The notes below the pieces were generated by a model that saw nothing but the letters and a program-made list of their open reading frames with translations, was not told where the DNA came from and made no database searches. From NCBI GenBank assembly GCA_963817385.1, contig CAWFOM010000008.1, positions 96,001 through 160,000 of the forward strand: DNA of 64,000 nt, given 5' to 3'. Position 1 is the first letter of the stretch. Each line of letters begins with the position of its first letter. The position numbers and the translations under genes are program-made. This document shows positions 20,931 through 31,598 of this stretch, piece by piece. This DNA comes from an uncultured delta proteobacterium. GTDB lineage: Bacteria > Desulfobacterota > Syntrophia > Syntrophales > UBA5619.

Positions 20931-21515
20931 TTACTCCGACGATTTGTGATTGCCATTGACCCACCAGTCACTCTTATCCTTGAACCACCAGTTGGAGGAG
21001 TCCGTATCGAGAATGCTCTCCGCCAGTTTCCGGGCATTTTCCGTAGCGAGACGCCGGACGGCGAAGCGGATCCATTCCCGGCTGTACTTATTTCCCAGAT
21101 CTCCGCACTCCTTCAACTGAAGGATCAGGGATAGCTGATCGGCGTCATGGGCGATCATGGATTCCCTTGTCCCTCTTCCGTTGAACTCTTCGAGGGTCGC
21201 TTTGATCTCGCCTCCGAAGAATAGCGGATCCGCAAGATCCCTGACCGCCTTTTTCTCATCTACCGCAACATACTTTTTGTTCATGTAATTCATGTCGCCC
21301 GTGCGGGCCTCGGGCAGATCATGGACCAGGCAAAGCCGAAGGACCTTGAGTTCGTCTGCCGTCGGGTCCATCTTGCACAGGACATATCCGATGTAAAGCG
21401 TCTGCAGGACATGTTCAGCCACCGATTCGCAGCCGGAACCGAGAAACTGGAAACCGCTCCGCGGGGTTTTCCTCAACATCCCCGCCTCGAATAAAAAATC
21501 CGCGATATCGTGCAT
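20931..21515 (-). CDS. HD-domain hydrolase (YfbR-like)
   Basis: PRSG, ESVAEH, HDLPEARTGD, DADQL. Confidence 0.88.
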   Translation of the reverse strand: MHDIADFLFEAGMLRKTPRSGFQFLGSGCESVAEHVLQTLYIGYVLCKMDPTADELKVLRLCLVHDLPEARTGDMNYMNKKYVAVDEKKAVRDLADPLFFGGEIKATLEEFNGRGTRESMIAHDADQLSLILQLKECGDLGNKYSREWIRFAVRRLATENARKLAESILDTDSSNWWFKDKSDWWVNGNHKSSE

Positions 21516-21562
21516 CGTGTCAATTACCCATTATCAGTGAATATCCGTTCCTTGTTCAGTGA

Positions 21563-21784
21563 TCATTGATTTCTTTTCAGAATACGGATCCGGTTGGCCA
21601 TCATCTCGGAGATTTTTCTCACCTGCATCTGCAGTGCAGCGATCCCTTCCGGTTTCATCAGCGCCACCCGGTCTACCTGTTCCTTCCAGTATTCCAGGAG
21701 CGTAATCTCCTCTTCCTTCAGCTTGCGATCGAACCGCGTCTGGATCTCCTTCAACAGCGCCGCCTGCTGATCCTTCTCCGTCAT
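21563..21784 (-). CDS. Small helical hypothetical protein (73 aa)
   Basis: SD AAGGAG; first gene of the minus-strand HD/TPR unit. Confidence 0.65.
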   Translation of the reverse strand: MTEKDQQAALLKEIQTRFDRKLKEEEITLLEYWKEQVDRVALMKPEGIAALQMQVRKISEMMANRIRILKRNQ

Positions 21785-21982
21785 GCCTTCTCCTTAAACC
21801 ACCCGCCGTCAATCGTCCTGATTCAAGAATTTTTTCTCTATATATCACGGAACACCGATTGTGCAACCATGAAAATGCCATCTTTCCCCAATAATCAGGA
21901 TCATTCCCTGCTGGACATTTTCGGGAGATTGTCGTATGAGCACACAAGAATATCTATCCTGATCCTTCGAGGAGGGAACGGT

Positions 21983-23173
21983 ATGTCGCTGGATTTCGAA
22001 TTTACATCCGAACAGGAGATGATCGAAGAAGTCGTCTGGCGGTGGGCTTCATCCTGGCTGGAGCCCCAGATGGAAGAGCTTTACGAAAAGGATCAGATGC
22101 CCCCGGACCTCTTTAAGGAGCTGGGGAAAATCGGCGTCAACGGCATCGTATTTGAGGAGGAATACGGCGGTGCAGGCCTCGGGTATGTGGAGACCCTCCT
22201 CGTCTACGAAACCATCGGACGGGTGAGTAACGCCCTGGCAATGACCGTGGGCGCCAGCCAGACCCTCTGCTTTGACAACTTCCGCCGGAACGCTTCGGAG
22301 GAACAGAAGCTGGCGATCCTCCCACGCGCCTGCAGCGGGGAATATATCGGCTGCCTGGGGATCACCGAGCCCAACGCCGGCTCCGATGCGATGGGGATGA
22401 CGACACGGGCCGTGAAGACGGGAGACCGGTATGTGATAAACGGAAGCAAGACGTTCATCACCAACGGGACTCTTGCCGACGTCATGCTCTTCTACGCTAA
22501 AACCGACCGGGCCCGCGGGGCGCACGGGATCTCCGCTTTCTACTTCCTGACCGACGGGGTCAACGGTCTCCACCGGGAGAAGATCGCGAAATGGGGTATG
22601 CGATCCTCCCCAACCGCCCTGATCACCTTCGATGATATGGAACTTCCGGAAGAAAACCTTATCGGCGGCCTCAACAAGGGCGGGGCGATCCTGACCAACG
22701 GCCTTTGCACCGAGAGGATCACCCTGAGCGGCTGCTGCCTCGGCTCGCAACGGGCCTGTCTGGAGCTGAGCCTCCGTTACGCGCGGGAGAGGGTGCAGTT
22801 CGGAAAACCAATCGCCTCATTCCAGTTCATCCAGGGGAAACTGGCCGACATGTACACGAGCTACATGGCCTCCAAATGGATGGCTTACAGCGCCGCCTCT
22901 TACTGCGACTCACTGGTAAACAAGGTTGGCGGGAAGGGAACCGATCTCGATCGCAAGGCTGCCGCCGCCCTTCTCTTCTGCGGGGAGATGGGAACGAAGG
23001 TGGCCGCGGACGCCATCCAGATCCATGGCGGTTACGGCTATTGCCCGGAATATGCGGTTTCCCGGCATTACCTGGATCAGAAGCTCTGGGATATCGGCGC
23101 CGGCACCGCGGAGGTCCGCAGGATGATCATCGCCCGCGAGCTCCTGCGGGACAACTTCCAGAGCGGCCGCTGA
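21983..23173 (+). CDS. Acyl-CoA dehydrogenase (isovaleryl-CoA dehydrogenase-like)
   Basis: ITEPNAGSD, NGSKTFITNG, QIHGGYGY, IGAGTAE (IVD-type Ala in place of the C-terminal Glu; Glu in LCTERI). Confidence 0.9.
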   Translation: MSLDFEFTSEQEMIEEVVWRWASSWLEPQMEELYEKDQMPPDLFKELGKIGVNGIVFEEEYGGAGLGYVETLLVYETIGRVSNALAMTVGASQTLCFDNFRRNASEEQKLAILPRACSGEYIGCLGITEPNAGSDAMGMTTRAVKTGDRYVINGSKTFITNGTLADVMLFYAKTDRARGAHGISAFYFLTDGVNGLHREKIAKWGMRSSPTALITFDDMELPEENLIGGLNKGGAILTNGLCTERITLSGCCLGSQRACLELSLRYARERVQFGKPIASFQFIQGKLADMYTSYMASKWMAYSAASYCDSLVNKVGGKGTDLDRKAAAALLFCGEMGTKVAADAIQIHGGYGYCPEYAVSRHYLDQKLWDIGAGTAEVRRMIIARELLRDNFQSGR

Positions 23174-23321
23174 GCGGAGTGAAGAGAATGCATCATGCGC
23201 CCGACCTTCCATTGACCTTTACCGATAACTCCGTCATGCTGGCGGACATCGGATCGATCGTCTGCCGGGCTTCCCCCGGTCCCGGAAGGCGGTCAACCGG
23301 AGAAAGCCCTGCAGAAGAGGA

Positions 23322-25178
23322 ATGACTATGACCGGAACTGCAACACGCAAATTCCCCCTTCCCGGCGGGGATAACGGACTTCAGCGAAAACAGGCGCCTG
23401 TCTGGTTGGGAAGCCCCGCCCTGCGTCCGGGAAATGTCAATCCTTCGCCGACAGCACCCGACCACCGGGAAGGGGACGACGGACGGCATATCCGGAAGCA
23501 CTCAGCAACGACACGATGGAGGATCACAATGATCGTTCTCGCCCTCCTTCTCTCGCCGGCCCTGTTTCCCCAGACTGTTTCAGCCCGGGAAGACAGCGCC
23601 AGCCTCCTGTTGCAGAAGAGCGCCGGTCACCGCAAAACGCGCCTCTATGTGGTTAAAAAAGGGGATTTCCTCAGCGACATTTTCCGGCGCCAGTTGGGGG
23701 ATGAACCGGTCCCCACCGACCTGATCCGTCAACTGAACCCGGGAATCAGGAATCTCAACAGGATCTACCCCGGGCAGAGGCTGGTGCTCCCAATCCGAGG
23801 AATAACTGAACTCCCCGAATCCGCAAATGCCCTCAGCAACGAAAATGCATTACCGACAAGGGCCTACCTCATCCAAGAGGACGATTCCATCAGCCGGATC
23901 ATCCTGGCCGAACTCAACGCCGGCACGGAGCAAGTCCTGCCCACGTACCGTCTCCTGCGCCGGTTGAATCCCGATATCGCAAACCTGAACGACCTTCCAC
24001 CGGGCCAGATCCTCAAGTTGCCCTCGAATTCGTCCCGTTCGGAGAATGCGGTGGCGCCCCTGCAAGCCGCCGCCCCCCCGGAGGAGAAACCGCAGATTGA
24101 CTTGACCGCGTCGATGAAGTCGCCGCCGACCGCCGAGGGGTTCCTGGGACTGATCCGGCCGGTCATCAGCCGCATGAAGGGGGCAATCACAGCAGCGGGG
24201 AATTACTATATTCCCCTCAAGGATACCGCTCAGGTGACGATCGACTGTTCCCTGATCCCGGTCGTCGAACTGGATGACGGATCGACGGTTCTACTCGATT
24301 TCGGGAATCGCCTTTCGGAGAACCTCAAAAGGCTGATCACTCAATCCTGGCCGAACTACGCCTTTCTTTCCGCGGAAGAACTGCGCGACGATCTCATGTC
24401 TCTGCAGGGAATCATCCGCCGTTCCCGGAACTATACGATCGCTTATGCCGACAGGCCCCTGGCCTTGTCATCGAAGCCGGAGATCCTGGCATTCCCCGAC
24501 TGGGTGATCGCCGGCAAAAAGGCCGTGGGCGGGACGCTCTATCGCCAGGGGTTATTCCTCCTCGGGGAGAGCGAACGGCCCTTTCCCGCCGAGGCCCTGG
24601 TCTTCCTGGAGAAAAACGGCTTGATCGTGACGGAGATCACCGCCGGCAATGCCGTCACACCCCCGACGCCTCCCTCGACGACGCCGATTCTCGACCTGAG
24701 GGAACTCAAGGGCATTGCGTTCACGGAGCAACTCCTCAAGATCCTCGGAGAGACGCCGGTCAAGAACGCCGAGATCGTCATCTCCGACCAGGCGCGCGAC
24801 GGTTTTAATCTCTCCATAACGGCCGATCTTCTCCTCAAGAAGGGAGAGAAGCGCATCCTTATCCAGACGAAAAGGCTGTCGGATGAGTTCATCCGTATCC
24901 TGAAAGATGAGGGAACGGAGGTATTCATGATAAGGGAAAATGGCTCGGGAAGATCCCTGATCGAGGAGCTGCTTGGGCGCCTCAACATCCCTATCTCATT
25001 CGGCCATTTCTCCGTCCGGATTCCGGAAGAGGGCTCTCGTCCCCGGCTCATATGCACCCTCCCCGCCCTCCGGGCGATGGTCGGCGATGAACCGCTTTAT
25101 CTGATCGACTTCGACATCTCATTAGACGCTCTGTCTTTGCTCCAGGGCCGCTTGAGGGGACGGATCGCCAAATACTGA
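23322..25178 (+). CDS. LysM peptidoglycan-binding domain protein (start uncertain)
   Basis: YVVKKGDFLSDI...LNPGIRNLNRIYPGQRLVLP and a second LysM-like repeat; hydrophobic leader. Confidence 0.8.
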   Translation: MTMTGTATRKFPLPGGDNGLQRKQAPVWLGSPALRPGNVNPSPTAPDHREGDDGRHIRKHSATTRWRITMIVLALLLSPALFPQTVSAREDSASLLLQKSAGHRKTRLYVVKKGDFLSDIFRRQLGDEPVPTDLIRQLNPGIRNLNRIYPGQRLVLPIRGITELPESANALSNENALPTRAYLIQEDDSISRIILAELNAGTEQVLPTYRLLRRLNPDIANLNDLPPGQILKLPSNSSRSENAVAPLQAAAPPEEKPQIDLTASMKSPPTAEGFLGLIRPVISRMKGAITAAGNYYIPLKDTAQVTIDCSLIPVVELDDGSTVLLDFGNRLSENLKRLITQSWPNYAFLSAEELRDDLMSLQGIIRRSRNYTIAYADRPLALSSKPEILAFPDWVIAGKKAVGGTLYRQGLFLLGESERPFPAEALVFLEKNGLIVTEITAGNAVTPPTPPSTTPILDLRELKGIAFTEQLLKILGETPVKNAEIVISDQARDGFNLSITADLLLKKGEKRILIQTKRLSDEFIRILKDEGTEVFMIRENGSGRSLIEELLGRLNIPISFGHFSVRIPEEGSRPRLICTLPALRAMVGDEPLYLIDFDISLDALSLLQGRLRGRIAKY

Positions 25179-25243
25179 CGGCGGCGGCGCCGGCTTTTCA
25201 CGAGGACATTCCCTATTGAGGATCCCGGAACATCGGAGCTGCT

Positions 25244-26788
25244 TCATGAGGGGAGGTGCTCAGGCCTAAGGAGATCCGAAACCGTCTTCACGGGATTGAA
25301 GGTCGCCAGCGGCACCTCCATGAAGAGGGTATTCCAGAGGGCCATCGAACCGTTCCAGAGGCCGGGGCGTTCCAGTGCGAGGAGTTCCTTCCCCTTCTCC
25401 GACTTACGCGAGATGATCGAGAGCGCCGGATCGACGAACCGGGTGAGCGCGAATTTCCGTCCGCGGAAGTCGTAGACGCCGCAGACGAGATCGACGGGAT
25501 TGAAATGGGTGGCGGACCGCCAGATCGCCTGCTGACGGTCATCGTTTCGGTCAATCTGCGACTCCTCGATGATCTGGAGAGACTGCAGGTCCGTCCCGTC
25601 CGGATCATCGACCCAGAACGGCCCCCCTCCCGGCTCACCCTCGTTTTTTACCATCCCGCACACCCTGACCGGCCGGTCGAGTTTCCGGAAAAGAAACGCC
25701 CCCCGCTCCGTCGGGGATCGCCGCTCGAAATCCGGCGGGAGGACGAGATGGATCTTCTCCCGGCAGAACCGGGTGATCTCCCCGAGCGCCGCTTCCCCAA
25801 CGTCACCCGCCTCCAGAAGGCTAAGCCGGCTGAACAACCCCTGCTGGAGCGAGATCAGGTATCCGGCCATAATCTTCTTCCAGCGGACCGTTGCCGCTTT
25901 CAGGCGGTCGGGAGCGATATTGTCGATGTTCTTCAGGAAAATGATCTCCGCCGTCAGTGCATCCAGGTTCGTCAGGAGCGCGCCGTGGCCGCCCGGGCGG
26001 AAGATCAGCCCCCCCTTTTCATCCCGAAAAGGGCGGTGCTCTGAGTCGACGGCAAGAGTATTCGTCGCCGCCGCCTGCGTGGATAGGCCGATTTCGTATG
26101 TGGTCTCGTAATCCGATTCATAGCGGGGAATCACCTGCGACAGGCGCTCCCGGACGAAATTTTCGTGTTCGCCGGAAACGGTGAAATGGATACGGGAGCA
26201 TCCCTGCGAATCCCGGGCATAGAGGGCGGCCTCGACGAGGTGTTCTTCCAGGGCGGTCCGGCACCCCTCGCTACAGGCATGGAATTTCAAAAGCGCCTTC
26301 GGAAGCCGTCCATAATTCAGCCCACCCTCCGTCAGAATGAACTTCAGAATGGCCTCCACCGCCTGCTTTCCGATCAGATCATCAAGATTGCCGCCTCTGG
26401 CGGCGACGGCGGTCTTGAGATCCGTAAAGAATGCGTACCGCTGCAGGTTCCGGATAAAGGCCTCCTGTTCGGCCGGCGAGGTAAATCCGCCCTCCCGGAG
26501 ACCTTGATGCCACTCCTTGAACATCCGGCTTGCCGCGCCAGAGGCGGGGACAAATTTCATGAACCGCTTGGTCCGGAGGGCGCCGTCATACACCGCAAGG
26601 AACTCCTCCTCTTCCGCCGGGGAGAGAGAGACGATCCCATCTCGCACACAGCAGGGCCGGTTCAGGCGCACCGGCGAGACACCGCGCCGGAAGAGCGCCA
26701 GTTGCCTGTTCACCTCCTCGAGAGTCAACCCTTCTTCGGCGATCCGCTCCCGGTCCTTCGCAGAGAATGAGCCTCCGCTCTCCTTCAC
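25244..26788 (-). CDS. DUF4301 family protein
   Basis: KFVPASGAASRMFK, FRPGGHGALL, KNIDN, GEPGGGPFW, THFNPVDLVC, TFNPVKTV. Confidence 0.85.
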   Translation of the reverse strand: MKESGGSFSAKDRERIAEEGLTLEEVNRQLALFRRGVSPVRLNRPCCVRDGIVSLSPAEEEEFLAVYDGALRTKRFMKFVPASGAASRMFKEWHQGLREGGFTSPAEQEAFIRNLQRYAFFTDLKTAVAARGGNLDDLIGKQAVEAILKFILTEGGLNYGRLPKALLKFHACSEGCRTALEEHLVEAALYARDSQGCSRIHFTVSGEHENFVRERLSQVIPRYESDYETTYEIGLSTQAAATNTLAVDSEHRPFRDEKGGLIFRPGGHGALLTNLDALTAEIIFLKNIDNIAPDRLKAATVRWKKIMAGYLISLQQGLFSRLSLLEAGDVGEAALGEITRFCREKIHLVLPPDFERRSPTERGAFLFRKLDRPVRVCGMVKNEGEPGGGPFWVDDPDGTDLQSLQIIEESQIDRNDDRQQAIWRSATHFNPVDLVCGVYDFRGRKFALTRFVDPALSIISRKSEKGKELLALERPGLWNGSMALWNTLFMEVPLATFNPVKTVSDLLRPEHLPS

Positions 26789-26901
26789 CTCTTGGGCTCC
26801 TTCCTCATGCGTTTGAACTTCTCCGGCGGGGGGAGCTTCTTCTTTTCGCGAAGCACCCGGGAGATGTCCTTCTGTCTGCGCGTCACCTGTCCCTTCGCCA
26901 T
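26785..26901 (-). CDS. Unannotated small basic protein, 38 aa (MAKGQVTRRQKDISRVLREKKKLPPPEKFKRMRKEPKR)
   Basis: SD GAGGA upstream; its TGA overlaps the GTG start of the DUF4301 gene (GTGA coupling); below the ORF-track length cutoff. Confidence 0.6.
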   Translation of the reverse strand: MAKGQVTRRQKDISRVLREKKKLPPPEKFKRMRKEPKR

Positions 26902-26962
26902 CACCCGGTATCCTCGCACGCGGTTTTACCGGTGCTTGAGCAGGGCGTTTTTCAACACCCCG

Positions 26963-27253
26963 TTAAACACTCTCCTCCATCGGCAGGAGGTAACCCCGGA
27001 CGCCGGCGCGGGGATGTTCTTCCTTGAGCCGGTGCACCCTGTCGGCAATCCGGGGAATCTCTTCATCGGGCAGGACCATAAAGAGGATATTGTTCCGCCC
27101 CGGCCAACAGTGCGTACCAAGCTTGGGCTCGGTCTCCGTCCCCTCCCCCTGGGCCTCCACCATCTTGGTATACCCGTGGATGCCCGCCTCCTTCAGTGCG
27201 GCGATGACGGCTTCATCCGCCGCCTCGCAATAGACGATCAGAAACATCTTCAT
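26963..27253 (-). CDS. P-II-like transporter-associated protein (PG0541-like)
   Basis: GYTKM...QGEG...EPKLGTHCWPG motif; ATGA overlap with the RND gene. Confidence 0.75.
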   Translation of the reverse strand: MKMFLIVYCEAADEAVIAALKEAGIHGYTKMVEAQGEGTETEPKLGTHCWPGRNNILFMVLPDEEIPRIADRVHRLKEEHPRAGVRGYLLPMEESV

Positions 27254-30200
27254 GGATTCGATCCTCCTTTTTCATCACGGGGAGCCTCGCCTGCCAGAGA
27301 CTCCGCCTTTCTTTCCGCCTCATCACCCTTTTTCTTCCGTCTGGCGAATAATCCCTGGAAGTCATCGAAGAGATCATAGGCGGCCGGCACGACCACCAAG
27401 GTCAGAAAGAGCGACGTAAGGAGGCCGCCGATGACCGCAATCCCCATGGGGGAACGGGTTTCCGCCCCCTCTCCCATGCCGAAGGCGACCGGCATCATCC
27501 CGAAGACCATCGCAAAGGTCGTCATCAGGATCGGCCTGAGCCGGACCGGACCGGCCTCGAGGATCGCCTCCCTGCGGGAGAGTCCCCGTTCGCGCAGAAC
27601 GTTTGTGTAGTCGACGAGGAGGATCGCATTTTTCTTTACCAGTCCCATCAGGAGAATCAGGCCGATGAAACTGAAGATGCTGATCGTGTTTCCCGTCAGG
27701 AGGAGCGCGCCGAAGGCCCCGATGAACGAGAGCGGCATAGCCAGAAGCACGGTGAAGGGATGGATGAAGCTCTCGAACTGGGCGGCAAGGACCATGTAGG
27801 CCATCATCACCCCGAGGATGATCGCAAACATCAGGTAGCCGAATGATTCCGACATGGTATCGGCCTGCCCCCGGTATTTCGGGAGATAGTCCGGAGGAAG
27901 GATCTTGGCCGCAATGCCGTTAAGGCCCTCCATCGCAGCCCCGAGGGGCACCCCCTCGAGGCTGGCGAAAAGGGTGACCGCCCGCTGCCGATCCTCGCGG
28001 TTGATGACACTCGGCCCTCCCCCCTCCTGGACACGGACAAGATTGCGGAGCTCGACCAATCGCCCGCCGCGCGATCGGACATAGACTCTGCCCAGGTCAT
28101 CGGGATCCTGCCGTTCTTCCGGATTGAGCCGGATCCGCAGGTCATAGCGCTTCCCCCGGGTCTCGTCCTTGTATTTGGTCACCTCGGTCTCGCCGCTCAT
28201 GAGGAGGTTGATCGCCTCGGCGACGGTCGCCACCTCCACCCCGAGGTCGGCGGCCTTGTCCCGGTCGATATAGATCTTGAGTTCCGGTTTTCCGAGTTCG
28301 AGGGATGTGTCGACGTCAACAATCCCCGGCAGTTTTGAAAACTCTGCCGCGATCTGCTTGGTGTACCCCTGAACCGCACTGAGATCCAAACCCCGCACGC
28401 TGTACTGGATCGGCACCTGCCGCTGCCCGCCGCCGATCATGGAGAAGTCCTCCGCAGACACCTTGAGACCGGGAAACTTGCGCAGCTTCTCGCGGATCTC
28501 CTTCTTCAGGTCCATCTGGGACTTCTTCCGCTCGCTCTTCGGGATCAGGCTCGTCATCATGATCGCCCGGTTGATCGAGCCGCCGATTCCCAGTCGGTAT
28601 AAAACCGCCCTGACCTCCGGCATTTTCCTCAGGATCTCCTCCGCCGGCCGGAAGAGTTCGTCGGCTTTTTCCACCGAATAGTCGATGGGCGCCTCCAGAC
28701 GGACGATGAACTGCCCCTGGTCTTCGGGAGGGGTGAACTCCTTCCCCAGGTATTTCGTCATATAGAGGCTGCCGGCGAACAGGAGAAGGGCGCCGACCAG
28801 CGTCACCGCCCGGTGATTCAGGGAAAAGGCCAGAACACGGCGGTAGCCCGCCTCCAGTTTCTTGTAGCCCCGGTCAAACGCATCCGCCAGGCGGCGATGC
28901 GGCTTGACGGCCTGTCCCTCCCGCATGACCACGACGGGCTTCAGGAAGATCGAGGCCAGCATCGGCGTCAGTGTGAAGGATACCAGGAGCGAGACGAGGA
29001 TCGAAAAGACGACCGTCAAGGCGAACTGGAGAAAGAAGCGGCCGATCATCCCTTTCATAAACGCGACGGGGAGGAAGATCGCCACGATGGCAAAGGTGGT
29101 CGCCATGACCGCCAGGCCGATCTCGCTGGTGGCGAAGGTTGCCGCTTCGCGCGGCGCCATCCCCTCCTCGACATGGCGGTAGATGTTCTCGATGACGATG
29201 ATGGCGTCATCGATCAGGAGCCCGACGGAGAGGGTCAGGGCGAGCATCGTCATGTTGTTGAAGGTGAACCCGAAGGCCCTGATCAGGGCGAAGGTGGCGA
29301 TGATCGAGATGGGCAGGGCCACCGCGCTGATGAGCGTCGTGCGGACGTTGCCGAGGAAGATGAAGACGGCGAGGATCGCGAAGAGCGAGCCCAGGATCAG
29401 GTGCTTTTGCACCTCTGCGATGGAGCGCCGGATGAAGACGGACTGGTCGATGGCGATGTTCAGGCTCATCCCCGGCGGGAGGGTCTTGTTGATCTTCTCG
29501 ATCTCCTTCTTGACCGCGTCGACCACGGCCACGGTGTTCGTCCCGGACTGCTTCTGAACGCCCATCGTCACGGCCGGGATGCCGTTGAAGCGGGCGATGT
29601 CGCGCCGCTCCTGCATCCCGTCCTCGGCCTTCCCGACGTCACGGAGGCGGACCGGGGCGCCCTTGTCATAGGCGATGACCAGGTCGTTGAAATCGGGAAC
29701 ATTGAGGAACTCCCCCTTGATCTTGACCGTGTACTCCTTGGAGAGGCTCTCGATCCGCCCCCCCGGCAGCTCGACGTTCTGCTTCTGGAGGGCGCCCATG
29801 ACGTCGTTCGCGGAAATCCCGTAGGCCTGGAGCTTGCCGGAGTCAAGCCAGACGCGGACTTGCCTGAGCTGCAAACCGAATATCTGGATGTCGCCGACAC
29901 CGTTAATCCGCTGGAGCTTCTCCCTGAGGACCTCGTCGACGTAGGTGGAAAGATCCCGGACGGATTTCTGCCCCGACAGATTCAGCCACATGACCGCCGT
30001 CGCATCGGGGTCCACCTTGGCGATCCGGGGTTCCTCGATGTCAAGGGGCAGCTTGTTCCGGATCAGGGCGACCTTCTCCCGGACGTCCTGGACGGCCAGA
30101 TCGATGTCCCGCTCGAGGACGAACTCGATGGTGACCCGGGAATCCCCCTCGGTGCTGCTCGAGGTGATCGTCTTTACGCCGTTGATCGTGTTGACCGACC

Positions 30201-30405
30201 CTTCGATCTTGTCGGTGACGTCGATGTCGATCACCTCGGGGCTCGCCCCATACAGGTGCGTGGTGACCGTGACGATGGGGAAATCCACCTTGGGTAAGAG
30301 ATCGACGCCAATCTCCGGATAACTTACCACACCGAGGACCACCAGGGCCATGATGGCCATGGTGGCAAAAACCGGCCTTTTGACCGAGGTATCAGCGAGC
30401 CACAT
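27250..30405 (-). CDS. RND efflux transporter permease (AcrB/AcrD/AcrF family)
   Basis: 1051 aa; KRPVFA, IDDAIIVIEN, KNAILLVD, RLRPILMTT. Confidence 0.95.
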   Translation of the reverse strand: MWLADTSVKRPVFATMAIMALVVLGVVSYPEIGVDLLPKVDFPIVTVTTHLYGASPEVIDIDVTDKIEGSVNTINGVKTITSSSTEGDSRVTIEFVLERDIDLAVQDVREKVALIRNKLPLDIEEPRIAKVDPDATAVMWLNLSGQKSVRDLSTYVDEVLREKLQRINGVGDIQIFGLQLRQVRVWLDSGKLQAYGISANDVMGALQKQNVELPGGRIESLSKEYTVKIKGEFLNVPDFNDLVIAYDKGAPVRLRDVGKAEDGMQERRDIARFNGIPAVTMGVQKQSGTNTVAVVDAVKKEIEKINKTLPPGMSLNIAIDQSVFIRRSIAEVQKHLILGSLFAILAVFIFLGNVRTTLISAVALPISIIATFALIRAFGFTFNNMTMLALTLSVGLLIDDAIIVIENIYRHVEEGMAPREAATFATSEIGLAVMATTFAIVAIFLPVAFMKGMIGRFFLQFALTVVFSILVSLLVSFTLTPMLASIFLKPVVVMREGQAVKPHRRLADAFDRGYKKLEAGYRRVLAFSLNHRAVTLVGALLLFAGSLYMTKYLGKEFTPPEDQGQFIVRLEAPIDYSVEKADELFRPAEEILRKMPEVRAVLYRLGIGGSINRAIMMTSLIPKSERKKSQMDLKKEIREKLRKFPGLKVSAEDFSMIGGGQRQVPIQYSVRGLDLSAVQGYTKQIAAEFSKLPGIVDVDTSLELGKPELKIYIDRDKAADLGVEVATVAEAINLLMSGETEVTKYKDETRGKRYDLRIRLNPEERQDPDDLGRVYVRSRGGRLVELRNLVRVQEGGGPSVINREDRQRAVTLFASLEGVPLGAAMEGLNGIAAKILPPDYLPKYRGQADTMSESFGYLMFAIILGVMMAYMVLAAQFESFIHPFTVLLAMPLSFIGAFGALLLTGNTISIFSFIGLILLMGLVKKNAILLVDYTNVLRERGLSRREAILEAGPVRLRPILMTTFAMVFGMMPVAFGMGEGAETRSPMGIAVIGGLLTSLFLTLVVVPAAYDLFDDFQGLFARRKKKGDEAERKAESLAGEAPRDEKGGSNP

Positions 30406-31525
30406 TGACGAGCACCCCTTCCATCAGATTGTTCTGTCCCACGGTCACGACGATCTCTTTCGCCTTGAGGCCCTCGACAATCTCCATGAATTCTCCGTAT
30501 TTCCGGCCGATCCGAACCTTCCGTTCCTTTGCCCGATCCCCCTCCGCGACAAAGAGCTTGGTGGTGGAGTTATCGTAGAGAAGCGCGGTGATCGGGGCGA
30601 CAACCGTATCCCGGGCCGGCCCGGTGTAGAGCGTCACGCGGGAGAAAAGCCCCGGTTTGAGACTCCGATCCGTATTCGGTACGACTGCCTCGACCTGAAG
30701 GGAGCGGGTCTTTTCCTCCAGGCTGGGATAGATCGTCTTCACCTGGCCGCGAAATTCGCGCCCGGGGAATGCATCCACCGTGAACAGGACATCCTGACCG
30801 GCCCGGAGGTTTCCCACATCCTTCTCCGAGACGCTGAATAAAAGTTTGAGGAGATCGGTGCGGATGATCGAGACGAGAAGCGTGCCGTTGCGGATATAGT
30901 CCCCCGCTGTGACCTTCTTTTCCCTGATGCTGCCGGCCATGGGGGCATGGATCTTCGTCTTGGTCAATTTCTCCTTTGCCAGATCGAGTCCCGCCACTGC
31001 CCGCTCCACATCCCCCTGGGCAACGGCAAGACGCGCGACTATATCGTCAAACTGCTGTTTCGTGACCAACTCCTCCCGATAGAGGGCCTCTTTTCGCAGA
31101 TGCTCCTGTTTCGCGTTGGCCAGGGCCGCCTCCGCCTGCTTCAATATGGCCGCAGCCTGCTCGACGGCAAGCTGGTAATCGGTCTCCTTGATCATGGCTA
31201 TGACCTGACCGGGGGTCACGGGTGATCCTTCGTCGACGCTGATCGTCTTCAAGATCCCGTCCAGCTCGGAGCTGACATTGACAATTTCGTACGGGTTGAG
31301 GGTCCCGATCGACTCCACGAAAGGCCGGAGCGGTCGATTCTCCGCCGTCCAGACCCGGACGTTGACGGCCAGCTCCTTTTGCACCTTCTGTTCCTTCTTC
31401 TGGCACCCGACACTGGCAGACATCGCGGCGCATAAAAAGACCGTCATGATCACTGCACCGGCCCTGACCCTCCCCTGAGCCGCTCTTCTGTTTTCTCCGG
31501 TTAAAGGCGATGTTCGTCCCAACAT
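30392..31525 (-). CDS. RND efflux periplasmic adaptor (MFP)
   Basis: Lipoprotein-like leader, lipoyl/hairpin pattern, IHAPMAG, LKPGLF. Confidence 0.92.
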   Translation of the reverse strand: MLGRTSPLTGENRRAAQGRVRAGAVIMTVFLCAAMSASVGCQKKEQKVQKELAVNVRVWTAENRPLRPFVESIGTLNPYEIVNVSSELDGILKTISVDEGSPVTPGQVIAMIKETDYQLAVEQAAAILKQAEAALANAKQEHLRKEALYREELVTKQQFDDIVARLAVAQGDVERAVAGLDLAKEKLTKTKIHAPMAGSIREKKVTAGDYIRNGTLLVSIIRTDLLKLLFSVSEKDVGNLRAGQDVLFTVDAFPGREFRGQVKTIYPSLEEKTRSLQVEAVVPNTDRSLKPGLFSRVTLYTGPARDTVVAPITALLYDNSTTKLFVAEGDRAKERKVRIGRKYGEFMEIVEGLKAKEIVVTVGQNNLMEGVLVNVAR

Positions 31526-31598
31526 GAAAAGCTCCTTTTAAAAAAGTCGATAACCCTATCCATTGCGGTACATCCGTTCATCATCATTCTATTAACGA

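Noticed and set aside
26939..26966. GGGGTGTTGAAAAA sequence resembling an IS/MITE terminal repeat
   Set aside because: No partner inverted end, transposase or target duplication found nearby
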